From the IMG/VR virus record IMGVR_UViG_3300037991_001277, positions 1 to 64,000 of that record: a DNA stretch of 64,000 bases; one strand, 5' to 3'. Every line of letters begins with the position of its first letter. The first letter of the stretch is position 1. Positions 9,086 through 17,999 of this stretch are shown piece after piece. This stretch comes from a virus (lineage: Duplodnaviria > Caudoviricetes). The notes beneath the pieces were generated by a model, which worked only from the letters and a program-made list of their open reading frames with translations, made no database searches and had not been told where the DNA came from. The position numbers and the translations under genes are program-made.

Positions 9086-9343
9086 ATGGGTCGAATCTTT
9101 CGTACACCTTCTGATGATGCAACTGAGAGTACCCTTCGTGCTATTCACATAGCCAACACTGTGGATAATGCCTACGAAAGAACATGGGGTTGGATAAAAA
9201 CTGTTCTTGCATCTCTTATCACAGCCTTAGTTGTTAGTGGTATTGAGTTTCATAATACCAGTTTCAGTGTTTATGAAAATACTGTAGAGTGGACTGTTGA
9301 TAAGTTAGACCAACTTGTTAATTGGCTAAAATGGTGGGATTGA
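9086..9343 (+). CDS. Small single-TM membrane protein
   Basis: 85-aa ORF; WGWIKTVLASLITALVVSGI; amphipathic C-terminus LVNWLKWWD; GAGG RBS. Confidence 0.7.
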   Translation: MGRIFRTPSDDATESTLRAIHIANTVDNAYERTWGWIKTVLASLITALVVSGIEFHNTSFSVYENTVEWTVDKLDQLVNWLKWWD

Positions 9344-9349
9344 TGTTCT

Positions 9350-10072
9350 ATGGTAGACGCAGGTGGCACAGCCTTAGTAGGCGCAGCGATGTGGGGTCAG
9401 AATCTCTATAATTCTTACAAACCAAGAAAAGTTGGTGTCTATGGAGCACCTATGGTTGGTAAAACTACGCTTGACCGTTACCTTACAACTCCGGGTGAAA
9501 TGGAGGAAATACCCGAAGGTGAAAGAACTACTCACTCTCGTATACTAAAAATTGGTAAGTATAAAATGCCAAAGCCAACGAGAAAAAGAGTATCTTGGCA
9601 AGGTGAAAGGCGAGTTGTATATTCTGCTGACATAGGGGGGCAAGAGCGTTTTTGGAATCTTTGGATTGAAGATATGGTTACTCGTGGTGTAGAAGCAATT
9701 GTCTACATTTTTGACGATAGAGCATTCAAAGGAGGAGATGAAGGCTTACAACAAATTGCAGGTTTTCGCTATCTTGTAGATTGTCTCATCAATAGAAACT
9801 ATCGCTATCGCTCATTTTGGTCGAGACTAAAGGGTAAAAAATACCATCCAAAAGTCATCATGTTAGTAGCGAATAAGGCTGACCGATTTTTTGACGAGAC
9901 TGCTTCAAAACTTTGGCACGATGGAAGAATAGGCGAGCACAAGATATTTGACCCATTTAGAGATGATTTAATTCGCTTACAAAAAGCAGGTATTCCTACT
10001 AGAAGGTCGTTTATGGCAACAAGAATAGGATGGAATGTAGAAAAGACAATGGTGAGTCTTTTGACCTCGTGA
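9350..10072 (+). CDS. Small Ras-superfamily (Arf/Rab-like) GTPase
   Basis: G1 GAPMVGKTT, G2 candidate ERTT, G3 DIGGQERF, G4 VANKAD, G5-like MATRIGWNV; hydrophobic N-terminal extension. Confidence 0.88.
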   Translation: MVDAGGTALVGAAMWGQNLYNSYKPRKVGVYGAPMVGKTTLDRYLTTPGEMEEIPEGERTTHSRILKIGKYKMPKPTRKRVSWQGERRVVYSADIGGQERFWNLWIEDMVTRGVEAIVYIFDDRAFKGGDEGLQQIAGFRYLVDCLINRNYRYRSFWSRLKGKKYHPKVIMLVANKADRFFDETASKLWHDGRIGEHKIFDPFRDDLIRLQKAGIPTRRSFMATRIGWNVEKTMVSLLTS

Positions 10073-10127
10073 CCCAAAAAATGACCCCATAGGTAGCCTT
10101 TTGAATAACAACTCTTTCGGTGAGGAT

Positions 10128-10325
10128 ATGTCAGGTAAGAACTCTTCAACAACATTGGTATCTACTGGCGGTGGTAGCCGTAGTCTTAGAACCACAGTTC
10201 CTATGTGGATAGTTGAGCATTTTGGGTTAAATGCTGGTGACGATGTTCATTGGAAGTTTGTTGTTCAAGAGGGGCAGATTGTTGTAGTAATGACTCCTAC
10301 GCCTGAACAGGTTGTGATAGGATGA
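10128..10325 (+). CDS. AbrB/MazE/SpoVT-like DNA-binding protein
   Basis: SLRTTVPMWIVEHFGLNAGDDVHW fits the swapped-hairpin pattern; ATG 10128 follows GGTGAGG (the track starts at TTG 10101). Confidence 0.75.
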   Translation: MSGKNSSTTLVSTGGGSRSLRTTVPMWIVEHFGLNAGDDVHWKFVVQEGQIVVVMTPTPEQVVIG

Positions 10326-11260
10326 TTAACTTTAGTAGACCTCAACAACAACAACATCTTAACGAAGCACAATTAGCAACTTTGGCTATGCAAGGTAACG
10401 ACCAACTTACTCAGGCTGCGTTACAAGAAATGCTAATGGCTCAACAAGGTATGCAAGAAGTTGCTGCTGCTCAGAATATAGAAGTCCCAAAAGTTAATTT
10501 TTATCCAAGTCGCCACCCTGACCCAAGAAAGGCTAGGCGTAAGGATATTAAGCAAGCCTACAAATTACTTCAACCAGCAAAGCGTTCAGTATTCAATCCT
10601 ATGAGGTGGTTGTTTGGTCGCAAATACAGATATGCAAAAGATACTGGTACTTGTGTTGTAGATGGTTGTAACTGTGCCAATTTAATTCAACATGATAATC
10701 TCTACATGAAAATCAGCGATGAGGAAACTGGTCGCTCTTTATGGGAAATGTATTGGCAAAACCCAGTTACAGGCCAGCCTGAAGCATTTATTGCTCAGGA
10801 TAAAGTAACCAGTGGTAGAAAATTAAAGGGAACATATTGCCCTGAGCATATGCATCTTTACCATCTTTTGGTAAAGTGGGAGGCCGAAGAGGATAAGCAA
10901 AATGAGATGAATCCGAGTCGCCTTCGTGATAAAGTAAAGAGAGGGGTATCAATTGTTACAGTTCCTATTTCATCTGTGAAGAAAAACGACCCGACACCTG
11001 CTATGCTACAAAAGTATGAGCCTTTCTTTGCTGAACTAGAAAGAGACGCAGGTAAAACAAAAGGTATCAATATACTACATTATGCAAACCCAGCAACTGG
11101 TCAAAACGATATAACGATGGTTGTATTCGACTTGCGTATATTCCAAATGGAACTACAACAAATGAATATGCCGACACAAGCATTTCAAGAGTTACTTAAC
11201 ACTGAAAATGCCAAAGTACAACAGAACATTGATGTTGGACTAACTACTGGGGATGCGTGA
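10322..11260 (+). CDS. Hypothetical protein with a Q-rich N-terminus and probable Zn site (CVVDGC...YCPEH)
   Basis: 312-aa ORF coupled by an ATGA overlap. Confidence 0.7.
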   Translation: MINFSRPQQQQHLNEAQLATLAMQGNDQLTQAALQEMLMAQQGMQEVAAAQNIEVPKVNFYPSRHPDPRKARRKDIKQAYKLLQPAKRSVFNPMRWLFGRKYRYAKDTGTCVVDGCNCANLIQHDNLYMKISDEETGRSLWEMYWQNPVTGQPEAFIAQDKVTSGRKLKGTYCPEHMHLYHLLVKWEAEEDKQNEMNPSRLRDKVKRGVSIVTVPISSVKKNDPTPAMLQKYEPFFAELERDAGKTKGINILHYANPATGQNDITMVVFDLRIFQMELQQMNMPTQAFQELLNTENAKVQQNIDVGLTTGDA

Positions 11261-11927
11261 TACGATGTTCAACTTCGGCAACCAACCACAGCAAAACAGC
11301 GGATTTAATCTTTCACAGACTGGAGGAGGGAACGGAGGATTAGGCTTGAATATGGGTACTCAAAGCAACTTTACTCTTGGTGCTCAGCCTCAGCAACAAA
11401 ATCAAGGTTTCATGGCAGGTATGATGGGTGGCATGGGAATGAGCCAACAGCAACAACATATGATGCAAAATGGTCAGATAGCCCCTCCTTCTGAAATGGA
11501 GTTAATGTCTGCACTTTTACAATCACAAAATCCTATTCACCGCTTCATAGCAACTGGTGGGCTTGCGTCTCTAGTTGATTTGATTGCTACAGCAACAAGT
11601 CTTAGTTTGATAAACATTCTAAAAAATGGCACATTTGTTATGGATGAAGATGAAGGAGGTATGAAACTAGACCCTGCTACTTTACCATCTGAGTTACAAA
11701 CTCTAAGCGCAGAAAATGTCAAAATGCTTCTTACTAATTTAGTATCACAAAGTCAGCAAACTGTTCAGCAAGCAGAAATGCAAAGACAGCAAATTATGGC
11801 TATGGCTCAACAATCAATGATGGGTAGTGCTCTTGGTGCTGCTTTACAAGATGAGGGTATGATGAATAAAGTCGGTGGCGGAATTGGTAGTGTCGCTCGT
11901 GGACTTATAGGACTACCAAGACAGTGA
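11253..11927 (+). CDS. Hypothetical Q/G/M-rich low-complexity protein with a hydrophobic central segment
   Basis: 224-aa ORF; F-N/G-Q-rich N-terminus; GGLASLVDLIATATSLSLINIL. Confidence 0.7.
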   Translation: MRDTMFNFGNQPQQNSGFNLSQTGGGNGGLGLNMGTQSNFTLGAQPQQQNQGFMAGMMGGMGMSQQQQHMMQNGQIAPPSEMELMSALLQSQNPIHRFIATGGLASLVDLIATATSLSLINILKNGTFVMDEDEGGMKLDPATLPSELQTLSAENVKMLLTNLVSQSQQTVQQAEMQRQQIMAMAQQSMMGSALGAALQDEGMMNKVGGGIGSVARGLIGLPRQ

Positions 11928-11936
11928 GGGAATAAT

Positions 11937-12185
11937 ATGCAACCGGGTAGTATGTCTGATTACAGCATGAGAATAAGTCAAGCGAGTAGCACTATATTTG
12001 CTCCAAGTAGAAATATCATTGTAGAAATGATAATGGTACAGTTTATTTCAATCATTATTGCTTGTGCATCTATCTTAGTTTTCAAGGGAGATTCAATGAG
12101 CAGCGGAGATGTTAGTGTATTTGTAGTAGGTATCTTTGGAGGGTTAGTTTTCCTGACTACTCTTTACTCCCGAATTACTCGGTAA
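11937..12185 (+). CDS. Small two-TM membrane protein (holin-like topology)
   Basis: IIVEMIMVQFISIIIACASILVF and VSVFVVGIFGGLVFLTTLY; basic C-terminus. Confidence 0.7.
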   Translation: MQPGSMSDYSMRISQASSTIFAPSRNIIVEMIMVQFISIIIACASILVFKGDSMSSGDVSVFVVGIFGGLVFLTTLYSRITR

Positions 12186-12428
12186 CCACTTGTCTATAGG
12201 ACAGCCAACTGAGGGCGCAAGTGCTTTAATTTTCATTACACAATTGCACAGTCGGCAAGTACCCATTCTTTTTTGCATATAAGGGCATTGATAACACTCA
12301 TCAAGCCTCTCCATGTATTCTTCTTTTGAAACTCTACGACCTTTCAGTGCGTCTTTTGAAGCATTAAGTAAATCTTTACCACGCCTTTTGAGAGGCTGTT
12401 TTGGGACTCTCTCGTAAGGTGGCAGCAT
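12144..12428 (-). CDS. Cys-rich zinc-binding protein (R-x-x-x-C-x-x-C...C-x-x-C-x-C...CP-x-x-KW; DUF6171-like)
   Basis: ERLDECYQCP..TCRLCNCVMKIKA..GCPIDKW; ATG at 12428 preceded by GGAGGT on the minus strand; the only convincing minus-strand gene. Confidence 0.7.
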   Translation of the reverse strand: MLPPYERVPKQPLKRRGKDLLNASKDALKGRRVSKEEYMERLDECYQCPYMQKRMGTCRLCNCVMKIKALAPSVGCPIDKWLPSNSGVKSSQEN

Positions 12429-12488
12429 GATACCTCCGAAAAGGTTCAGGAGAAAAAGCATTATGGGTAATGCTGCTTTAAGCGTGTC

Positions 12489-13172
12489 ATGGCGGAGGGT
12501 GGTGGTATCACAAAAAGGTCTTGCCCTTTGTGCCAACATCCTAGTCGTGCCGACTTAGAAAAGGGTCTGCTTGATGGTGAAATATCACCTAAACAACTTG
12601 ACAAAGATATGGGCTGGCGACTCAACACAACTGACCGTCATTTCCGTAATCACATGGGTCAATATCACATGGCTTCTAACCCTCAATGCAAAGTATGTGC
12701 TCATCCTGAAAGGGCTGATTTTGAGCGTAGATTCTTTGAGGATGGCTCTGAATCTGAGGCTATTGCTGAGGAACTTGGAATTGCTGAGTCATCAGTTTAT
12801 CATCATATGAAGCATCACTTTCAACCTTTAGTTCAAAGAAGTGCAGCCGCTGAAATTACATTAGTGGTGGGAGAAGAAATCAACGCACTCAGGTCAAATG
12901 TTGAATTACTTAATGTTAAACTAACTGAGTTACTAAATGAAGGTAGCGTGCATGAAGATGGTTTTGTTAGAGACGCAGTTTCTCTACACAAAGAGGTCAG
13001 AGAATCAATAAAGGACTTATTGAAGATGAATGAACAATGGAGTCCTACAACTGAAAACAATCAAATTAACAACACAATTAACATTCTCAAACTTGAACTT
13101 GGAAAAGAAAGTCCTGAATCTTGGGCTAGAGTTCGTAAACAACTATTAGAGCACGCAGGTGATATGAATTGA
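12489..13172 (+). CDS. Probable terminase small subunit or DNA-binding protein with two tandem CxxCxH...HxxxH Zn-HTH repeats and a coiled coil
   Basis: CPLCQHPSRADLE...RHFRNHM and CKVCAHPERADFE...HHMKHHF; C-terminal coiled coil; upstream of TerL. Confidence 0.55.
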   Translation: MAEGGGITKRSCPLCQHPSRADLEKGLLDGEISPKQLDKDMGWRLNTTDRHFRNHMGQYHMASNPQCKVCAHPERADFERRFFEDGSESEAIAEELGIAESSVYHHMKHHFQPLVQRSAAAEITLVVGEEINALRSNVELLNVKLTELLNEGSVHEDGFVRDAVSLHKEVRESIKDLLKMNEQWSPTTENNQINNTINILKLELGKESPESWARVRKQLLEHAGDMN

Positions 13173-13570
13173 TGCCAGTTCCAGTGCCTGATTTGTTGCA
13201 GATGACCCATCCGGGTTATTCAATGGTGGATAGTAAATTGGTTATTTCTGAAAATCATGTACCAATGTATCTTGATTTTTGTCGCTGCGTTATAGAAAGA
13301 TTTGAGCACTATGGTGAACTAAATATCACACCACCTGATTTATTCAAGTTGTTAGCAAAGTCTTTTCAGACCGTATTTGAAGATGACGACCCTACTACAT
13401 TTTTCCCCGCTTACAATCTCATACCTCGTTTGCTTGAAGAGTTTGAATATACGATGGAAAACATGACTTCGGCATTTCAAGATAGTCCGAGAATAATGTC
13501 GTTCTATAGAAAAATAAGCGAAAAGTTGCGACAGTGTTTTGAATACCATATCATGGGGGATAATACATGA
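13169..13570 (+). CDS. Hypothetical protein
   Basis: 133-aa ORF overlapping both neighbours; GGTGA upstream. Confidence 0.65.
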   Translation: MMPVPVPDLLQMTHPGYSMVDSKLVISENHVPMYLDFCRCVIERFEHYGELNITPPDLFKLLAKSFQTVFEDDDPTTFFPAYNLIPRLLEEFEYTMENMTSAFQDSPRIMSFYRKISEKLRQCFEYHIMGDNT

Positions 13571-15669
13571 CGGAGGGTATGATGGGTAGAACCTCTGATA
13601 CGAGGATATACAATCCTCGCTCAGAATCCTCTGAAATGTTTAGGGCTAATCACGAAGATGAAAGGCCACCAAGCGGTATTGAAGATGCTAAAAGCAAGGA
13701 AAGACGCAAAGACAAAAAACAAGCCAAGCGAGAGCGAGAGGAAAAAGAGGATAAGAAAATCCGTCATATCAAAGTTCGCAGACACCATCTTGGTCTTGGT
13801 GATAGCAAACCTAGTGAAGATATGGATGAAGAAGAAGAGCAATACAAACCTCGTGGCTCTACAGATAATCCAGCAAATCAAACAATGCCATCAGGTGCTG
13901 GTGGATTCCTAAGTAGTCTTGCTATGGGTGCAAAAGGGCCGGGTGCTGCTGGGGGTCAAACGATTCAAATGTCTGAGCCTATGGATATGGCTTGGCGGTT
14001 ATTGAAATACGATGAATATTATGACGATGACGATGACGATGACTTTTACCATGAAAGTTTTTACTATGACGATGACGGAAATCCTCGTGACCCTCGTAAA
14101 AATCCCGAACATGAATACCATGAAGAAAATATGTATGATGAAGCGGGTGAAGAACTAAAAGATGAAATTGAACAACTTAGAGCATCTCCCGGCTTCCTTA
14201 ACAAACCTGAACCAGCGGTTACTGATAAAGAGAAAGAAGAAGAGGAACTTAAACAAAGTATTGCAGATTTCCTTTCTAGTCAAAAACTAGCAGGTGAGCC
14301 TATGGATATGGCTTGGCAACTACTCAAAATGTCTGAGGCTGAAGCCTTACATTACCACCATCCTGATATTGAAGCACAGCGTCATATTGATAAAAAGAGG
14401 AATGTTTCAGGACACCTCACAGGTCACATGAAGCAAGGTCTATCACGCAAAATAAGACAAGATGCGATAGATAGAGCACAAAGAAATGTATTAGCGGGTA
14501 TTCCTGAATATCTACGATTTGCACATGGCACTCATCCTGAAATGATGAGACGCAGGGCTATGATACCTGATGATAAAACACCTTTGCTACCTACTACTGC
14601 TGATGAGAGAAATAAAATTGCTGATTTGGAAGAGGTTGCTAGGAAAATTAAACTAAACCCTCAAACTGTTTATCATCAACAAATGTACTCTACTCAGATG
14701 CTACCACCCGGCCCATTCACTGAACCCGAACCTGAACCTGAACCTGATATTCAAGATTCGCCTATACCCGGAATGGCGTTTGTTAATGGTCAATTAGTGC
14801 CTGACCCTCGTGTGAAAAAAAGTAGTCCTATGGACTTTGCTTGGGATATGATTCAAAAAAAAGAATCTAAGCGTAGCGTAGCCCGTAGACGCAAGAAAGA
14901 GGGTTATGCTAAGTGGCGACCATCTACTGGTCAGTTTGAAAAGCCAAAAGGCGGTGGTGACCAACGAAACATTACATCAAGACGCTCTAAAAACATCAGT
15001 CGTAATCTACCGATGGGGCGTAAAACTGGATTAAATCGTTCACATTTTTCTGTTGAGTTTTCACACCGAGGTCTTGCTAGTAAACAACCTCCGTCTAAAG
15101 ACCCTCAAAAATACAGACCTTATCTTGCTTCACAAGATGCTCGTAAACTCTTGGGTGGAGTGAGAACAGTATACACACCACACATGAGACATAGCCAACG
15201 CTCCTTTATTGCTGGCCCTACAGGTGGTGGTCGCTTGACCAACACGCTTCAATACCCTCGTATTCCAAGACCAAGACTACATGCTGTTCGTGCTCCAAGT
15301 ATCGTACCACCTAAGATGAAAGTACCTCGCTTAGCACGACCTAAGATGCCGAGCATGATAACAATGAGTGAGGACACTCCTCAGCACAGTGATATTCTCA
15401 AAGCCAATGCATATCAAGCAGCATTGATGCGAATTGCTCTGAAAGAGATTCGTGAATTAATGCGTGAAAAGAAAGACAAGGATAGTAAAAAGAAAGGTAA
15501 GGGTGAACCCGACACCGCTGGTGCTGCAAGCACTTTACCCAACTATCCAGCCAATAATCCCAAGCAAACAAATCGAAATCAGGGTGCTACAGAAGATGCA
15601 AATAATGAGCCACGAGATTATGGGCTTGACCCCGGTGCTCTTGTAGGTAGAGGGAGTGGGCGAGTTTGA
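13567..15669 (+). CDS. Modular protein with three EPMDMAW-type tags, an acidic module and an Arg/Lys/Pro-rich module
   Basis: SEPMDMAWRLLK (13972), GEPMDMAWQLLK (14293), SSPMDFAWDMIQK (14821); poly-Asp tract; basic C-terminal third; DILKAN near the end. Confidence 0.75.
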   Translation: MTEGMMGRTSDTRIYNPRSESSEMFRANHEDERPPSGIEDAKSKERRKDKKQAKREREEKEDKKIRHIKVRRHHLGLGDSKPSEDMDEEEEQYKPRGSTDNPANQTMPSGAGGFLSSLAMGAKGPGAAGGQTIQMSEPMDMAWRLLKYDEYYDDDDDDDFYHESFYYDDDGNPRDPRKNPEHEYHEENMYDEAGEELKDEIEQLRASPGFLNKPEPAVTDKEKEEEELKQSIADFLSSQKLAGEPMDMAWQLLKMSEAEALHYHHPDIEAQRHIDKKRNVSGHLTGHMKQGLSRKIRQDAIDRAQRNVLAGIPEYLRFAHGTHPEMMRRRAMIPDDKTPLLPTTADERNKIADLEEVARKIKLNPQTVYHQQMYSTQMLPPGPFTEPEPEPEPDIQDSPIPGMAFVNGQLVPDPRVKKSSPMDFAWDMIQKKESKRSVARRRKKEGYAKWRPSTGQFEKPKGGGDQRNITSRRSKNISRNLPMGRKTGLNRSHFSVEFSHRGLASKQPPSKDPQKYRPYLASQDARKLLGGVRTVYTPHMRHSQRSFIAGPTGGGRLTNTLQYPRIPRPRLHAVRAPSIVPPKMKVPRLARPKMPSMITMSEDTPQHSDILKANAYQAALMRIALKEIRELMREKKDKDSKKKGKGEPDTAGAASTLPNYPANNPKQTNRNQGATEDANNEPRDYGLDPGALVGRGSGRV

Positions 15670-17999
15670 GTATCTTAGTTCGCAAATCTATTATTCGCAA
15701 GGGTGACGGTGTTTACGGCTACTACACTAATCCCGAAACAGGGCGACTTGAGCCTTATCTAAAGACTGCTCCTCCTCCTGAAGCATTCCATCCTGACCCT
15801 AATATTCCCGATGTACCCGCTTTTGCACATCATGGTGCAGCAAAGCATCACCCGTCAGGACACTTCGGTATGGGCGAGTTAATTCCCGGTAAGTTCGCTA
15901 CAGGTAAACATGGCGAGATGGTATACCTTGATGAGAACGGAGAGTCACATCACCACGGTATTGATGGTGTACTCCATGCTGTAGGTGAATCATTAGAGAA
16001 AAATGGATTGCTAGGTCAAAATCACCCGGAGTTAGGAGTTCTTACTCCGCAAAATCTTGTTCAAACAGCAATTGATATGACAAATGCAGAACATGAAGAT
16101 AAAAGTGGGTATCATAATATTCCTGATGTTGATGATATAAAACATCGAAAGATTCGTGTTGCTGGCTATGGTGGTCGTAAACCTACAACTCGTGCTCATG
16201 TGTCTCAGAGTGGTGACTACATTACAGCATATACTAATCGTCAAAACCGTAACGAAAAGGTAGGTGCTATGATTGAATCATATGCTGTTCCTTACAATCA
16301 TAATTTACAAAAGATACTACTAGAAAAACTTGGGCTGACAGATTTAGTTGGTGCTGAGTTTATTGACAATCCTCATATTGACATTAAGGATTTACACCCT
16401 CGTGGTAATCGTATTCGTGGTAGAGGTGGGGATAAAATTATGCAGACCCCTCAAGGGTATATGTTACCAAATCTCCACATTACTAATGCTCCTCCCGGTG
16501 TCACTCACGATGCAGCCCATACTGGAATCCAATCTTGGGAGGTTATGAATCACACTCCTGACTTCATGCACATGATGGCTGGTCGCCAACAAACTGGGCC
16601 AAAAAACTCTCTTGACAGTGCTAGAGTTCATATTGCTGAGGCGTTAAAAGTCATTGACCCTAATAAGATACCTGATGTTGATGTTCCGATTAACACTACA
16701 CCGGGAACTACGGGAAAACCTAGATACACTATGATGAACCTTAGAACAGTATTGAGGACACCAACTCTTACTGAAGGTATGATAAAAGAATTATCAAGAA
16801 CTCCAGCATTCAATATGTTGTTTGGTCGTATTATCAGTGGCTCAGCAGCAAGACCCGGTGTAGGTAAAAGAGCGTTTCAACATATTCTTGACACATTTGG
16901 AAAAGACCATGATGTTGGATTTGACGCTATGAGTGGTCACGCAATTCCGGGTAAACACCTAGAAACTCTTGACGGTCAAAAAACTACACAAGGATTGGGT
17001 ACTCACGAAAACGCTGCTAAGTTTTACGCTAAGGCCATGTTGAGTGGTGCTCACGATGAGCACGACAGTGCGTTACGAGCCTACATGCCAAGAGACGCTG
17101 ATGGTAATATTGATGCTGCTGTAATCCAAAGTTTAGGTTTGAATCTACAAAGTTATGATACAGTAGAGCAAAGAAGGCAAGGTACTCAGGCTTTAGCCGA
17201 TTTGTTAAGTGAAGCATTTGGTCATCAAACTCGTAGACAATTACCTGAGACTCTCCCAACTAGCGGGTTATCTTCTCGTTACATGACATACCCTGATGAA
17301 TTAGTTGAAAGATTACCTGCTCATGTTCCATTCTACAATGATGTATCTCTTGCTCCTAGTATGAGCACTTCAAGAACTGCTCCAGCAACAAAAAGACCTC
17401 GTTCTGCTCCAGCAGCACCAAGACCCGCTGCTGCTCCATCTCCACCTCCAGCCGCTGCTGCTCCCCCAGCGGCTGCACCACCCCCGTCAGTACCTCCAAG
17501 GGGAGCACCAACATTTACACCGCAAAGCCCTGAGTTAGTTGCAGCACGAAGGCGTGTTGGCGTGGCTGACCCAGCATCTCTTCGTAGAATTATACAAGCG
17601 GCTGGTGCAAGAGTACCTCAAGGACAAGGTATGCAACTATCCCCTCAAGAGCAAATGTATCAACAAACAATGGGCGACCCACGACAGCGTTTGCTCACCC
17701 AATACATGAAATCACAATCACAAGAACTCTCACCTATGGATAGAGTGATGAAGGCTATGGAGGATATGCAGATGGATGATGCTCGTGCTGATTCTAAGAT
17801 TATGAAACACGCACTGGCTCGACCAATCAATGTTGCAGACCTATCAGGTATTCATCATCTTGCTAAGAGTGTAGACCTAACGCCAGTTGATATTCGCTCA
17901 ATTGCATATGCCACTGGTGACTGGGAGAGAATCGCAAAGCGACTCAATGTTTCTACTGATGTTGTTAAGGTAGTCAAAGTAAGTGTAGGTGGTGTCTGA
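15666..17999 (+). CDS. Large hypothetical protein (His-rich N-half, Pro/Ala linker, C-terminal HTH-like segment), possibly virion-internal
   Basis: 777-aa ORF; N-terminus SILVRK; C-terminus WERIAKRLNVSTDVVKVVK. Confidence 0.7.
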   Translation: MSILVRKSIIRKGDGVYGYYTNPETGRLEPYLKTAPPPEAFHPDPNIPDVPAFAHHGAAKHHPSGHFGMGELIPGKFATGKHGEMVYLDENGESHHHGIDGVLHAVGESLEKNGLLGQNHPELGVLTPQNLVQTAIDMTNAEHEDKSGYHNIPDVDDIKHRKIRVAGYGGRKPTTRAHVSQSGDYITAYTNRQNRNEKVGAMIESYAVPYNHNLQKILLEKLGLTDLVGAEFIDNPHIDIKDLHPRGNRIRGRGGDKIMQTPQGYMLPNLHITNAPPGVTHDAAHTGIQSWEVMNHTPDFMHMMAGRQQTGPKNSLDSARVHIAEALKVIDPNKIPDVDVPINTTPGTTGKPRYTMMNLRTVLRTPTLTEGMIKELSRTPAFNMLFGRIISGSAARPGVGKRAFQHILDTFGKDHDVGFDAMSGHAIPGKHLETLDGQKTTQGLGTHENAAKFYAKAMLSGAHDEHDSALRAYMPRDADGNIDAAVIQSLGLNLQSYDTVEQRRQGTQALADLLSEAFGHQTRRQLPETLPTSGLSSRYMTYPDELVERLPAHVPFYNDVSLAPSMSTSRTAPATKRPRSAPAAPRPAAAPSPPPAAAAPPAAAPPPSVPPRGAPTFTPQSPELVAARRRVGVADPASLRRIIQAAGARVPQGQGMQLSPQEQMYQQTMGDPRQRLLTQYMKSQSQELSPMDRVMKAMEDMQMDDARADSKIMKHALARPINVADLSGIHHLAKSVDLTPVDIRSIAYATGDWERIAKRLNVSTDVVKVVKVSVGGV

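Noticed and set aside
9350-10072. Eukaryotic contamination or NCLDV origin suggested by the small GTPase and SAP domain
   Set aside because: Both genes sit in operons with prokaryotic RBSs and overlapping stops and starts, amid HK97-type head, terminase and tail genes, with the same codon style and site avoidance.
14012-14075. GAC/GAT trinucleotide run
   Set aside because: It encodes a poly-Asp tract with mixed codons, not a microsatellite or contingency locus.
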